The notes below the pieces were generated by a model that searched no databases, was not told where the DNA came from, and saw only the letters and a list, made by a program, of their open reading frames with translations. Positions 45,401 to 53,158 of a stretch of DNA of 64,000 nt are shown here, one piece after another. Position 1 is the stretch's first letter. Every line of letters begins with the position of its first letter. The DNA is taken from contig JAZSQE010000068.1 of assembly GCA_045537795.1 (NCBI GenBank), positions 56,252 to 120,251 of the forward strand. The letters run 5' to 3'. This DNA comes from Kiritimatiellia bacterium. Its GTDB lineage: Bacteria > Verrucomicrobiota > Kiritimatiellia > RFP12 > UBA1067. Both the position numbers and the translations under genes were made by a program.

Positions 45401-46901
45401 TAGGATCGCTCGACACGACTGTGGGCTTAATAGTCGCAAGAAACGCATTACCCTCCGGCGTATTTAAGAATTTATAATCCTTCTTGGCTTTTTCTGCGCC
45501 CTTGCCGATAAGGAATTCCCAACGCTTGCCGTGACCCGTCAATTTATAGAAGCCCGTGACCATCTCAACCTTCTGCTTGTCGCTCAGATTTTTGCACCGC
45601 GCGGCGCTTGAGAGAATTGCACCGACATCAGGAGCGAGAACATCATTAGAAATAGATTCCTCAAGCGTCGACTTTACGATGGTCGTTTCACCGTATTCGG
45701 CAAGCAGATAGAGCGTATTCCAGCGCACCAGGTAGCGGTTATCGGCCCTGGCCAGAAGATCCTTGAGAGGCTTGATGGATTTCTGTTTGGAGACCTCCGC
45801 CTGAACTCCGGACAGATTGTAGAGATCAACAGCGGAGAAAACTTTCGGATTTTCACGCGAGTACGCAACGATATCCGCAGGAAAAACAGCTTTATGTGCA
45901 ATAAACTCGCCAATAACCCCCTCACAAACGCTGCGCCCCGCAGCAGTTGCGGGAATGGCTTTAACAAAACGCTTTATAAACTCAACATTGGCCTTTGACT
46001 GCTCGGCGGTAGCGCTGAGCCCATCACCGAGATAACGCGCATAACGCGCATAGAAGCGGCCGAACCACTCTGCAGAATGAAGGTATAGGCTATCGGGCTT
46101 TTCGCCGCCTTTCAGATAGACGTTTTCAAGCGCAATGAAATCCTTAATAAGTTTTTTGCGAAGTTCGGCATCTTTGACTTCACCCAGTCTGGGCATCATG
46201 CTGTTAGGGATGTAGTTAAAAGGCAAACGCACTTTATATTTGGTGGAATAATCGACGATCCACTTCGCATCAAGCTCCTTACCCCTCCAGTTGATGAACG
46301 TATTGACAGGCTCACTGCCGGCGAGTTCCGGGTATTTAAGAAGAAGATCGAGAGAATCTTTAAGGGAATACCCTGGCGCATTCTCCCACTTGAAGTTGTA
46401 AAGATCGCCAGCGACCGAAAGCCGCTTGTTTTTTTCGGTGAATTTTTCAAGCAGCGTACCTGCCACTGACATGAAGTCGGACGTGCGCTTCTCTGACTTA
46501 AAACGAGAGAGAAGGAGCTTTCCGGCGCGATAAAGAAGCGGCGAAGCCGGCACGTTCTTCGCTAACCTCGCAAACTCGCGCGCATCGGCGGAAGCGACGC
46601 AAAGCTCCCATGCGGCCTGCTCGGTCTCCTTTGTCCACTTTTTCTCAAGAGCGAGAAAACGCGCGAGCCTATCGCGCCTCAGCGAAGCCTTGCGCGTCTG
46701 GCGGGCGACCTCGGCCGCCTGCCAATATCTGATGGGCGCAAGTTTAGCCTTCTTCTCTGTCAGCTGCCGAAACGCGCGCTCGGCCGTAAGAGGCTTGCCT
46801 TCGTTAAAGGCTTTAACGAACGTAGCTTCAAGATCTCCCTCGGCGAACACGGCGGTGAACGCGGCGACGGAGCCGAAAATGCAAAGGGTCTTTTTCATCA
46901 T
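39405..46901 (-). CDS. Giant secreted protein (2498 aa): helical N-terminal third, TPR block, multiple beta-sandwich-like modules, C-terminal BamD/YbgF-like TPRs
   Basis: A single uninterrupted ORF with the signal peptide MMKKTLCIFGSVAAFTAVFAEG. The C-terminal TPR motifs are NYPDSSHLAQGEF, SWPDGAFAARSQY, LYPESELVGDATI, RFPTHEKAPRALF and EYPETEWARRA. One segment (GKWIEVDTMASHRVSNATIRIKN) weakly recalls an F5/8-type-C (discoidin) domain. I recognised no catalytic motif. Confidence 0.88.
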   Translation of the reverse strand: MMKKTLCIFGSVAAFTAVFAEGDLEATFVKAFNEGKPLTAERAFRQLTEKKAKLAPIRYWQAAEVARQTRKASLRRDRLARFLALEKKWTKETEQAAWELCVASADAREFARLAKNVPASPLLYRAGKLLLSRFKSEKRTSDFMSVAGTLLEKFTEKNKRLSVAGDLYNFKWENAPGYSLKDSLDLLLKYPELAGSEPVNTFINWRGKELDAKWIVDYSTKYKVRLPFNYIPNSMMPRLGEVKDAELRKKLIKDFIALENVYLKGGEKPDSLYLHSAEWFGRFYARYARYLGDGLSATAEQSKANVEFIKRFVKAIPATAAGRSVCEGVIGEFIAHKAVFPADIVAYSRENPKVFSAVDLYNLSGVQAEVSKQKSIKPLKDLLARADNRYLVRWNTLYLLAEYGETTIVKSTLEESISNDVLAPDVGAILSSAARCKNLSDKQKVEMVTGFYKLTGHGKRWEFLIGKGAEKAKKDYKFLNTPEGNAFLATIKPTVVSSDPIYAALVKIASLKHASGGVCPGEAHKVVADAIKAYIALANKAKSRTSAMHAILYRYYALCQREPNSAAKYIEVTKDIYGNGYGYWDGLNHMCGLAMRNAKNEGIVWAINKKRAKVTGDYSSLLGCNIPSSIGALPKDIDYFKANFDAFASFITRQFDHGRIKSEKDMLEALNLLFKHPGFRIPGDWLIDNVSRHFSSRLSKPEVVKAFPWNEALAKIVDADVANSGRAARVMLNMFAAVGRGDEALKTYLAAANKLDSVPKASRIFALVGMYQIITFPRDKAAVEAGVKDRMGPFLREHVIPALSAIKSNEFPLVDLGDTQSWDALYNYGNANRENKEVQKTLLDTYRQGVKLMNGNCRGAPPDSVYHCIAYQNVYAESLAASNTFKMAECAATFGASVWHWNYGAFRNLLTKTRDAGFWESAYLMANSVPADRDSSTVAFASRVRAEAAPKLPGIYPVDEKNPAYPLYVAADELSRKNGERAWELLKKNIAVFEREAINLPPDFTAWGVEQLRLDRGAKDENLIKARQIATAILGNEARVIADLAAAMLLVRAECFRDQQNFEAAKLEYQSIRNNPKYNSTPAGRQAMFRAVDLMIETGNTSGAEATIEYWLSQPDTQIQAQAHYFAARIAFDRKDYDETIKELREVFAIDFTHTEARFLQGKWKLATNNEVDDTDVMIGDLSDRTAIRPGQQLTITVQDRNLSVAGGGASIPVILTAKPGGDSERILLYPSSRDPNLFKGVIDVRLAAAFPSNLVLEVQGDDVAQYVIEPEFLKARGLPLNKPKVLRVIDDAKLSIGAGAPRAEEKDTQSALEDSLEGVLDTSVVSSALRPGNPLYIFVQDKDCSAGKNGIGEVPVSVKTTSGDTLENVMLKETKPYSGVFRAQIPTSLPPPRAFASDTAAGFNSGDVINKNKSGEWRSLADGQPGKWIEVDTMASHRVSNATIRIKNSQEIRAVTLVGRLGTETIRLGSLPAENVNKRIGIKFQREDGIRLRSANSIRARFGRVRGPKEMNVSNFTYTATHSNRRNSTMYWSAAFNQPGNYDYMRLRIVAQNTQGDTFRNLWIAMDLDGEQVFQGQGASLHNRIVTFDVPAGAHRFELFASALLKEDSFDILWEPVGEDAKAIPYDWFDAEKHSSIVKFLEDKAVISRTDDGFSAVFPKPVRLRSLRWEFADRTGPDVTVSKMTVTDAKGETIIPCESDFSDAQRNDNLEVAPGDSIFVTYQDEVTSSGEKRVLQKNLRSSFNNARVNFFFEQTEVTKGGWERQRLYKAFRFQPGDVIIASVVDADGDLTPEADRIKAVVTTKSGQSKEITLIEQSKYYEGVSLNGDTLDGIHSGLFMALVKTAAADDPKAPAGALKVRSDDMLTLAYEDRENTNPGVPFVRTDKVQAAKKGEPHVTLFHTRRTRIVDNSVTAKAQLEKIRRRAGNENVKALYRDVLHAVPMTSRISSSKEPIPVNVSTPIPVRVNDPARARHAASKITLRASSATESIEIPMRLAQRFPGFYLRKGDESAKEAYAAGSFNTLVKLRMGPPDPNTTLAEDEDPELGVTGADMVKIEVLDENGEPLLSRTLKLVSNASLTLMDSTYTAPRDAAHVGEKFFIQVEDADRDVSDAADLIDVRAVGLVSGTTNTIRLTETLPHSGIFTGTCPSEKYGDRMVFSYRDDLTLPGTPAQTLCVTGSVFRGSDGSVRMFSKRFRDSDAAVLVQFRLAECLFEQAKEHRKLKQQERSTKAIDEGKHILEEALKNYPDSSHLAQGEFLLANLYQELATEKKDAKDMVAATPLYTEALARFSAILSSWPDGAFAARSQYHKALCLEMLGDYARASEEYVKMTYLYPESELVGDATIRLATYYYKEAKRYDISGKIYQNFQKRFPTHEKAPRALFMSGSCYVKQAEVTQKAFMEKHPAYKGLCRDASEMYRKAVVAFADVAEKYAESAPPAMRAQSLYWAGDTALRVRNFEQSYLYLKRTVFEYPETEWARRARGLLLQEAKSFEGLE

Positions 46902-46910
46902 GATTTCACA

Positions 46911-46919
46911 ATATTACCA
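46911..46919 (-). promoter_or_regulatory. Extended -10-like element TGGTAATAT placed 9 nt before the giant gene's ATG (leaderless-type arrangement)
   Basis: The reverse complement of atattacca is TGGTAATAT, giving TGGTAATAT-tgtgaaatc-ATG(46901). There is no SD. Confidence 0.45.
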
Positions 46920-47007
46920 TTTTTTGCCTTGTGACACAATAGGGGCGGCCTTTTTGCAAAGACGCGCAAAAGAGATAATGCGTCCGAACGGAAAAACGTT
47001 CAATATT

Positions 47008-48177
47008 TCATCTGCGGTGGCAGATCCGGTTAATGATCTCTTCAAAGTTCTCGCCGCCCGCAAGAATCTCTATGGCGATTCTCAAATAAAGGCATCTGAC
47101 GGGAGTCGTCTCGAAGCGCGGGAATCTCACGGCGTCTTTCTCCGTCGTTATGAGCGCGTCGGCGCCGATGTCCGCCGTGCGGTTGAGCGCGTAGAGAACT
47201 TCGGACGAATCGTACCTGTGATGGTCGGCGTAGCGCTCGCACCAGACGACCTTCGCTCCGAGACGTCTCAGCGAATTCTCGAACCCCTTCGGCGAGGCGA
47301 TCCCCGAAAGAGTGCACGTGACCTTGCCCTTCAGCCAGTCTAACGGGTACTCTTCGCGGCTCCAGACGTCTTTGAGAACCTTCGGAGAGTGGTTGCACTC
47401 GACGATCTCCGCCTCGGTGTTGTACTTTCTGATCTCCTCCTTGACGGCCGAAACGTCGCCCCGGCACTTCGTGAGAAAGATTATATCGGCCCTTTTCAGG
47501 TTTTTGACCGGCTCGCGCAGCACCCCGCGCGGCAGCATGCTGCCGTTGCCGAACGGGTTTGTAGAGTCGACGAGAACGACCTCGACGGAGTGCTTGAGCT
47601 TCTGATACTGGAAACCGTCGTCGAGAATGATCGTGTCGCACCCGAGGCGCTTGATGGCGTAGCGCCCGGCCTTGACGCGGTTGCGATCGACCACGACCGC
47701 GACGCCCGGCAGGTTCGAAGCGAGCATGTACGGCTCATCGCCGCCCACAGCCGAATCGAGAAGGACGCGCTTACCGTCAGAGACGACGAGCGGCGGATCG
47801 ATGACGTCTGTGAACATCCTCTGCCACCACGGGGCCTCTTTGCGGCGATACCCGCGCGAAAGTATCGCGACCTTGCGCCCTTCGGCGGCGAGAGTGCGGG
47901 CGAAAATCTCCGTGACTGGCGTCTTACCCGTTCCTCCCGCCGTGACGTTGCCGATTGAAATCACCTGAATTCCAAGCGGATAGCGGCGAATAAGCCCGGT
48001 ATTATAAAGAAAATATCTAATTTTTACGATAAACGCAAAAATAAAGCTTATTCCCTTGAGAAACGCCAGAAGAAAGCGGATCGAAAGGGGCTGATCCATA
48101 TCGGCCCCCGGCTCCTGTATGAGTTTTACGAGATAGCTCTCAAGCCGCTCGAGCGCGCTCTGTTTAGCCTTGCGCAC
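47008..48177 (-). CDS. lpxK: Tetraacyldisaccharide 4'-kinase
   Basis: GNVTAGGTGKTPVTE is the P-loop in the LpxK context, followed by ..AILSRGYRRK.. and ..IILDDGFQ... Confidence 0.88.
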   Translation of the reverse strand: MRKAKQSALERLESYLVKLIQEPGADMDQPLSIRFLLAFLKGISFIFAFIVKIRYFLYNTGLIRRYPLGIQVISIGNVTAGGTGKTPVTEIFARTLAAEGRKVAILSRGYRRKEAPWWQRMFTDVIDPPLVVSDGKRVLLDSAVGGDEPYMLASNLPGVAVVVDRNRVKAGRYAIKRLGCDTIILDDGFQYQKLKHSVEVVLVDSTNPFGNGSMLPRGVLREPVKNLKRADIIFLTKCRGDVSAVKEEIRKYNTEAEIVECNHSPKVLKDVWSREEYPLDWLKGKVTCTLSGIASPKGFENSLRRLGAKVVWCERYADHHRYDSSEVLYALNRTADIGADALITTEKDAVRFPRFETTPVRCLYLRIAIEILAGGENFEEIINRICHRR

Positions 48178-48183
48178 TTCGCG

Positions 48184-50415
48184 TCAGTCCTCGTACATTT
48201 CGTTCGTACCGAAGCCGAACGCGCGCAGATACACGGCGAAACCGTAGCTCCAGTCGTGATCGTATTTCGAGCCGTCGATGCGCGTATAGCCGTTTTCGTA
48301 TTCGCAGTAGACTCTGAACGCGAGACAGTCGGTGCGGTATTCAAGTCCGAGCGACACGACATCGAGTTCGTTCTCGGTGCAGTCCCAGCTTATGCCGAAA
48401 TCCCACTTGAACTCGTCGCAGATCTCATGATCGAAGCCGATCGTGGCGGTGCTGAAGTAAGGGTGGTTGAATTCGTCATCCTCCATCTTTTTGGAGTTGT
48501 ACGGGAAAACGGAATAATCCCACCAGCGGTGCTGACGGTGCGTGAAATCCACGTTGTACGAGAAGGCTCTGCTGAGCTTATGGCGCCACATCACGGAAGC
48601 GAGCGCGATTTCGTCGTCTTCGCTGTTGTACTCGGCAAGAACGCCGAGCATGACATCTTCGGCGGGTGTCCACCTCGCGCGGAACCCGGGCACGGCGACG
48701 ACGTCGTCCTCGCCGTAGTTCGGCTCACCCGGCTTGGTGATTCTGCGCTTCAAAGAAGACCTCTCGAACCATTCGGTGTCGTTGAACTGCAGCGCGACGT
48801 AAGCGTCGAAGTCAAACATTGTCACAAGACGCCCCTTCTCGTCGATCGTGCGCAACGCGTTGCGTACGCCGGGCGTCACGCCGTAGTACGTGTGCGGCAG
48901 ATTGCGCCCGCGACCCGCGAACTGGTCCTCCCACATCGTCGACATGTCGAGCGCGTCGAAGACGTAGGGCATCTCGCCGTCATCGATCCCCGACCAGTCG
49001 GCCTCCTGCGCCAAAACGTCGAAATACGGCTCGATGAGATGCTGCCAGTTTTTGTCGAGCCACGCGGTGCCGCGGCCCGCGAAAGTGATTCCGCCTTCGA
49101 CGATCGACCTGAAAGCCGCGTCGTCCGTGCCGCCCGCCTTTCTCATCCCGTCGAAAACCGCATTTCCGGCCTCGCCGTAATACGTGCCGCGCCAGCCCGC
49201 GCGCGGAGCGACGGAGAGAACATCCCAAAGTTTGAACGGCGCAGTCAGGCGGTGGTACGTATCGAGTCTGAACGTTCCGTATTGAGCCCACTTGCCGGGA
49301 TTGTAGGAATACACGCTGTCGGCGCGCGAGTAATGGGCGGCGCTGCGGCGCATATACCCGGCGCGGTTCTGCGATTCGTAATTGACGGGCAGCGTCCACA
49401 CGGGCCGGGGGAGAACGTCGAAATAGAATTCGGGCAGTCTCATCGTCCCGCCGTAGACGTCGTTGAGAGGCCCCGCGACGCTCGCGCCGTAGGCGTAGCT
49501 GTTTTCATTGTGTTCCCATGCGAGCTCGTTGCTGTTTCTGCCCGCCCACCTGTGACGCAGCGAAAAAAGCCTGTCGCGCAGGAAATCCTCGTCGAAATAG
49601 GAGTCGGACATCAACATCCCCTTCAACCTCACCGTATCACGCTCGGTAGCCTCCCAGCGGTGTTCAAGGCTTATCGCGTAGCGTTCCTCGGGCACATCGC
49701 TGCCGAAGTTGTATCTGTTTCCACCGTGTCTGTACTTGCGGCGGTCGCGCCTGTCATAGTCGTCATCCCACGCGTGATACACCTTGAACTTGCCCCTGCC
49801 GAATTTGCCCAGCCCCCACCCGAGCGTCTGCCCGAGCGCTATGCCGTTTTCCTTGCGAAGATCCAGGCGCGTGTTACCCGAGAGCCAGTACGATCCTTCC
49901 GAGTGCGATCTGTCGCCCGCGATCGGGTAGACGTACTTCGTCAGAAGGTACGTACCCCAGCGGCTCGCGTAACCGGGCATCATACGAAGGCCGTAGTCGG
50001 TCTCGAGCGGATACCAGAAATACGGCACCCACGCAACCGGATATTCCATGAAATTGAGCCACACGTTGCGCATCACGATGTAGTCGCGGTTTTTGAACTC
50101 GACTTCGCCCTCGGCCGACCAATGCAGATGCCCGGGACAGTTCGTGCACGTCGTCACCTGCGTACCCTCGGCGAGGCGGATGAGCCCGTCCGCTTCGCGG
50201 CGCGCCGATTCGCTTCGCATGATGATCGGCTTCATGACGGCCGTCACGTTACCCGTGGCGACCATGGCCTTCGTCACGTTGTCGACGGCCATCCTGTCGG
50301 CGCTGATCGTGAGATCGCCTTCTTTGAACGCCGATTCCCTGGCGAGACGCTCGAGCATACCGTACGCGAGCGCGCCCGAAAAAACGACCGCGAGAAAAAG
50401 ATATTTTTTCATCAT
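48184..50415 (-). CDS. lptD: LPS-assembly outer-membrane protein LptD
   Basis: I trimmed the start to MMKKYLFLAVVFSGALAYG, whose ATG overlaps the rng stop. The N-terminal OstA-like jellyroll (..ISADRMAVDNVTKAMVATGNV..) is followed by a long beta-barrel with an aromatic-rich sequence. Confidence 0.85.
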   Translation of the reverse strand: MMKKYLFLAVVFSGALAYGMLERLARESAFKEGDLTISADRMAVDNVTKAMVATGNVTAVMKPIIMRSESARREADGLIRLAEGTQVTTCTNCPGHLHWSAEGEVEFKNRDYIVMRNVWLNFMEYPVAWVPYFWYPLETDYGLRMMPGYASRWGTYLLTKYVYPIAGDRSHSEGSYWLSGNTRLDLRKENGIALGQTLGWGLGKFGRGKFKVYHAWDDDYDRRDRRKYRHGGNRYNFGSDVPEERYAISLEHRWEATERDTVRLKGMLMSDSYFDEDFLRDRLFSLRHRWAGRNSNELAWEHNENSYAYGASVAGPLNDVYGGTMRLPEFYFDVLPRPVWTLPVNYESQNRAGYMRRSAAHYSRADSVYSYNPGKWAQYGTFRLDTYHRLTAPFKLWDVLSVAPRAGWRGTYYGEAGNAVFDGMRKAGGTDDAAFRSIVEGGITFAGRGTAWLDKNWQHLIEPYFDVLAQEADWSGIDDGEMPYVFDALDMSTMWEDQFAGRGRNLPHTYYGVTPGVRNALRTIDEKGRLVTMFDFDAYVALQFNDTEWFERSSLKRRITKPGEPNYGEDDVVAVPGFRARWTPAEDVMLGVLAEYNSEDDEIALASVMWRHKLSRAFSYNVDFTHRQHRWWDYSVFPYNSKKMEDDEFNHPYFSTATIGFDHEICDEFKWDFGISWDCTENELDVVSLGLEYRTDCLAFRVYCEYENGYTRIDGSKYDHDWSYGFAVYLRAFGFGTNEMYED

Positions 50416-51998
50416 GATTGAGAGTATAGCACTTGTGAGGTGGCCGCGTCCAGTATGGAGAACGATTCGGGATGGCGGTGAAGCTCCGAAACGAACGTCA
50501 GACGCGTATTGAAATCCTTCTGCAAAGCGGCGAGAATTTCGCTGTCTTCCGTCCTCAAACGCTGCATCACCTGCGGCGCGATGACGATCTTCGGCTCGAA
50601 AGGCCGCTTCTGCGCTTCGGCTTTCTTGAGCAGCGAAATGAGATGGCGCTGTATCTCGACCGAAATCGCCATGGGCGATTTGACGAGCCCGCGCCCCTTG
50701 CAGTACGGGCACTTCGAAGTGAGCTGCGAGAGAATCGAGCGGTCCTGACGCTGACGCGACATTTCGAGAAGCCCGAGCTCCGAAATCTCCAGCACGTTCG
50801 TGCGCGCCCTGTCGCGCTTGAGCGCTTCCTTGAGCGCGCGGTAGACTTCGCGCTGGTGCTTGCGGCTTTTCATGTCGATGAGGTCGAGTATGACGAGCCC
50901 GCCGATGTTCCTGAGCCTGAGCTGGCGCGCGACTTCTTCGACGGCTTCGAGGTTGACCTCGAGAATCGCGTCCTCCTGCGAGCCGTTGCCCTTGTAGTGG
51001 CCCGTGTTGACGTCGACGGCGATGAGCGCTTCCGTCTCGTCGATGACGAGATAGCCGCCCGACTTGAGCGGCACCTGCCGCGCGAACGCGTCGTGAAGCT
51101 GCCTTTCGAGCCCGTAATGCTCGAATATCCCCGAACCGCCGTCATAGCGGCGGATCTTCGACTTCGCGCGGCGCGAAATCTTGCCCGCGACCTCGCGCAT
51201 CTCGTTGAAGCTGCGCTCGTCGTCGATGACGATCGAGTCGACGTCTTCGGTGAGCCAGTCGCGGATGACCCTCTCGCACAGATCCGGCTCCTGAAAGATG
51301 CAGCACGGCGTGCGGCGCGTCCTGATGTTGCCCTGCATTTCGTTCCAGATCGAAATGAGGTTCCTGAGGTCGCGCGCGAACGCCCGCGCCGACGCGCCCT
51401 GCCCGGCGGTGCGCACGACGAGTCCGACGTTCTCCGGGAGCGGCAGCTTGTCGAGAATCTTCTTCAGGCGCTGGCGCTCCTTCGCGTCGCCGATCTTCTT
51501 CGAGACGCCGCGCGTGCGCGTGCCCGGCATCATGACGAGATAACGCCCCGGTATCGAGAGGTTCGCGATCGTGACGCGCGGCCCCTTCGTCGAAATGGGC
51601 CCTTTCGTCACCTGGACGATTATCTCCGAGCCCGGAGGAAAACGCTTGGCGATCTCGGCGTCGGAGAGACGGTTGGACTTCTTCTGGTTCTTTCTGCGCG
51701 AAGCCTGATCGTCGTCGTCGTCGAGAAACGCGTCCACGTCGGGGAGCATATCCCAGTAGTGGAGAAACGCGTTTTTCTTCAGCCCTATGTCAACGAACGC
51801 CGCCTGCAGATCGTTCTCGAGATTCTGCACGCGCCCTTTGAAGACGCTCCCGACGAGACGTTCGGCCTCGTCATGTTCGACCATGAACTCCTCGAGTCTG
51901 CCGTTCTCCAGAACGGCGACACGCGTATCGAGTTTTTCTACGTTCACGATTATTTCGCGCTTGAGCTTCGAGCGCTTAAGCCATCCGAATAGGTTCAT
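50412..51998 (-). CDS. rng: Ribonuclease G/E family (Rng-like)
   Basis: The S1 domain is GSVFKGRVQNLENDLQAAFVDIG. It is followed by ..LVIDETEALIAVDVNTG.., the DNase-I-like catalytic region. Confidence 0.88.
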   Translation of the reverse strand: MNLFGWLKRSKLKREIIVNVEKLDTRVAVLENGRLEEFMVEHDEAERLVGSVFKGRVQNLENDLQAAFVDIGLKKNAFLHYWDMLPDVDAFLDDDDDQASRRKNQKKSNRLSDAEIAKRFPPGSEIIVQVTKGPISTKGPRVTIANLSIPGRYLVMMPGTRTRGVSKKIGDAKERQRLKKILDKLPLPENVGLVVRTAGQGASARAFARDLRNLISIWNEMQGNIRTRRTPCCIFQEPDLCERVIRDWLTEDVDSIVIDDERSFNEMREVAGKISRRAKSKIRRYDGGSGIFEHYGLERQLHDAFARQVPLKSGGYLVIDETEALIAVDVNTGHYKGNGSQEDAILEVNLEAVEEVARQLRLRNIGGLVILDLIDMKSRKHQREVYRALKEALKRDRARTNVLEISELGLLEMSRQRQDRSILSQLTSKCPYCKGRGLVKSPMAISVEIQRHLISLLKKAEAQKRPFEPKIVIAPQVMQRLRTEDSEILAALQKDFNTRLTFVSELHRHPESFSILDAATSQVLYSQS

Positions 51999-53158
51999 TT
52001 CTGCTTATCCTCTCTGTGTACGCTGACACTTTGTACAAGACCGAGCCCGGCCATCACCGTCACGAGGAAGGTGCGGCCCGACGATATGAACGGCAGCGGC
52101 AGCCCTGTGATCGGCACAAGCCCTATCGACATGGCTATATTCACATAGACATGCGCGAATACGAGGGTCGATACGCCGAGCGCGAGAAGTCTCCCCGCCG
52201 CGTCCGTTGAAACAAAAGCCGTCCAGCAGCCCGGCACGACGATCGCGCCGAAGAGCAGGAGCAGCACCAAAGATCCGATGAAACCGGTTTCTTCCGCCCA
52301 TACGCAGAAAATGAAATCGTTCATCGAAATAGCCTGGGGCAGATATTTGAGATGGTTCGTCTCGCCTTTGCCGATCCCCTTGCCGGTCATTCCGCCCGAA
52401 CCGATGGAGATTTTGGCCTGCCGCAGATTGTAACCCGCGCCGAGTTGATCCTCGTCGGGGAAAAGAAAAACCTTCACCCTCTTCACCTGATGAGCCTTGA
52501 GAGGGACGTATTTCAGAATCGCCGCCCTTCGCTCTTCGCTGACGCCCGGCTTCTCCGCCTCCCACACGGCGCCGAGAACGGCCGCCGCGCCGATCGCCCC
52601 GACGAGCGCGATCGTGACGAGTCCGCGCCGCCACACGCCCGCGACGAAAAGAATGACGAGACACGCGGGGACGAGCGTGAGCGTCGTGCCGAGATCGGGT
52701 TCGGCGAGAATGAGCGCCGCGGGAACGCCTATAATCGCGAGCGCCGCCGCGAACCAGGCGAACGACGTCCTCGGCTTTTCGCGTTTAGCGCCGAACAGCC
52801 ACGCCATGAACGATATCACGCAGAGCTTCGATATTTCGCTCGGCTGAAAGAACCACAGCCACCTCTTTCCGCCGTAGACCGTCGAGCCGAAAACGAGAAC
52901 CGCCGCGAGAAGGACTATCGCGCCGATGTACGCGGGGAGCGAGAACCAGTCGAGAAACTTGCGGTAATCGAAGAAGGAAAGCGCGAGATAGACGACCAGC
53001 CCGAACGCGGCGCTTGCAAGGTTGTTGACCCACATCCCGTGAAACACCGCTTCCGCGCGCGCGTTGCCTGCCGAGTGGATGGCGATCGTCCCTATGGCGA
53101 TGAGCGCGAGCATCGCGACGAACATCACGAGGTTGAAACGTTTGAGTTTCGCGATCAT
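51995..53158 (-). CDS. rodA: Peptidoglycan glycosyltransferase RodA (SEDS family)
   Basis: I trimmed the start to MIAKLKRFNLVMFV; the 152-codon extension lies inside mrdA. The sequence is FtsW/RodA-like (..RWLWFFQPSEISKL.., ..PITGLPLPFISSGRT..) and the gene is adjacent to PBP2. Confidence 0.9.
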   Translation of the reverse strand: MIAKLKRFNLVMFVAMLALIAIGTIAIHSAGNARAEAVFHGMWVNNLASAAFGLVVYLALSFFDYRKFLDWFSLPAYIGAIVLLAAVLVFGSTVYGGKRWLWFFQPSEISKLCVISFMAWLFGAKREKPRTSFAWFAAALAIIGVPAALILAEPDLGTTLTLVPACLVILFVAGVWRRGLVTIALVGAIGAAAVLGAVWEAEKPGVSEERRAAILKYVPLKAHQVKRVKVFLFPDEDQLGAGYNLRQAKISIGSGGMTGKGIGKGETNHLKYLPQAISMNDFIFCVWAEETGFIGSLVLLLLFGAIVVPGCWTAFVSTDAAGRLLALGVSTLVFAHVYVNIAMSIGLVPITGLPLPFISSGRTFLVTVMAGLGLVQSVSVHREDKQK

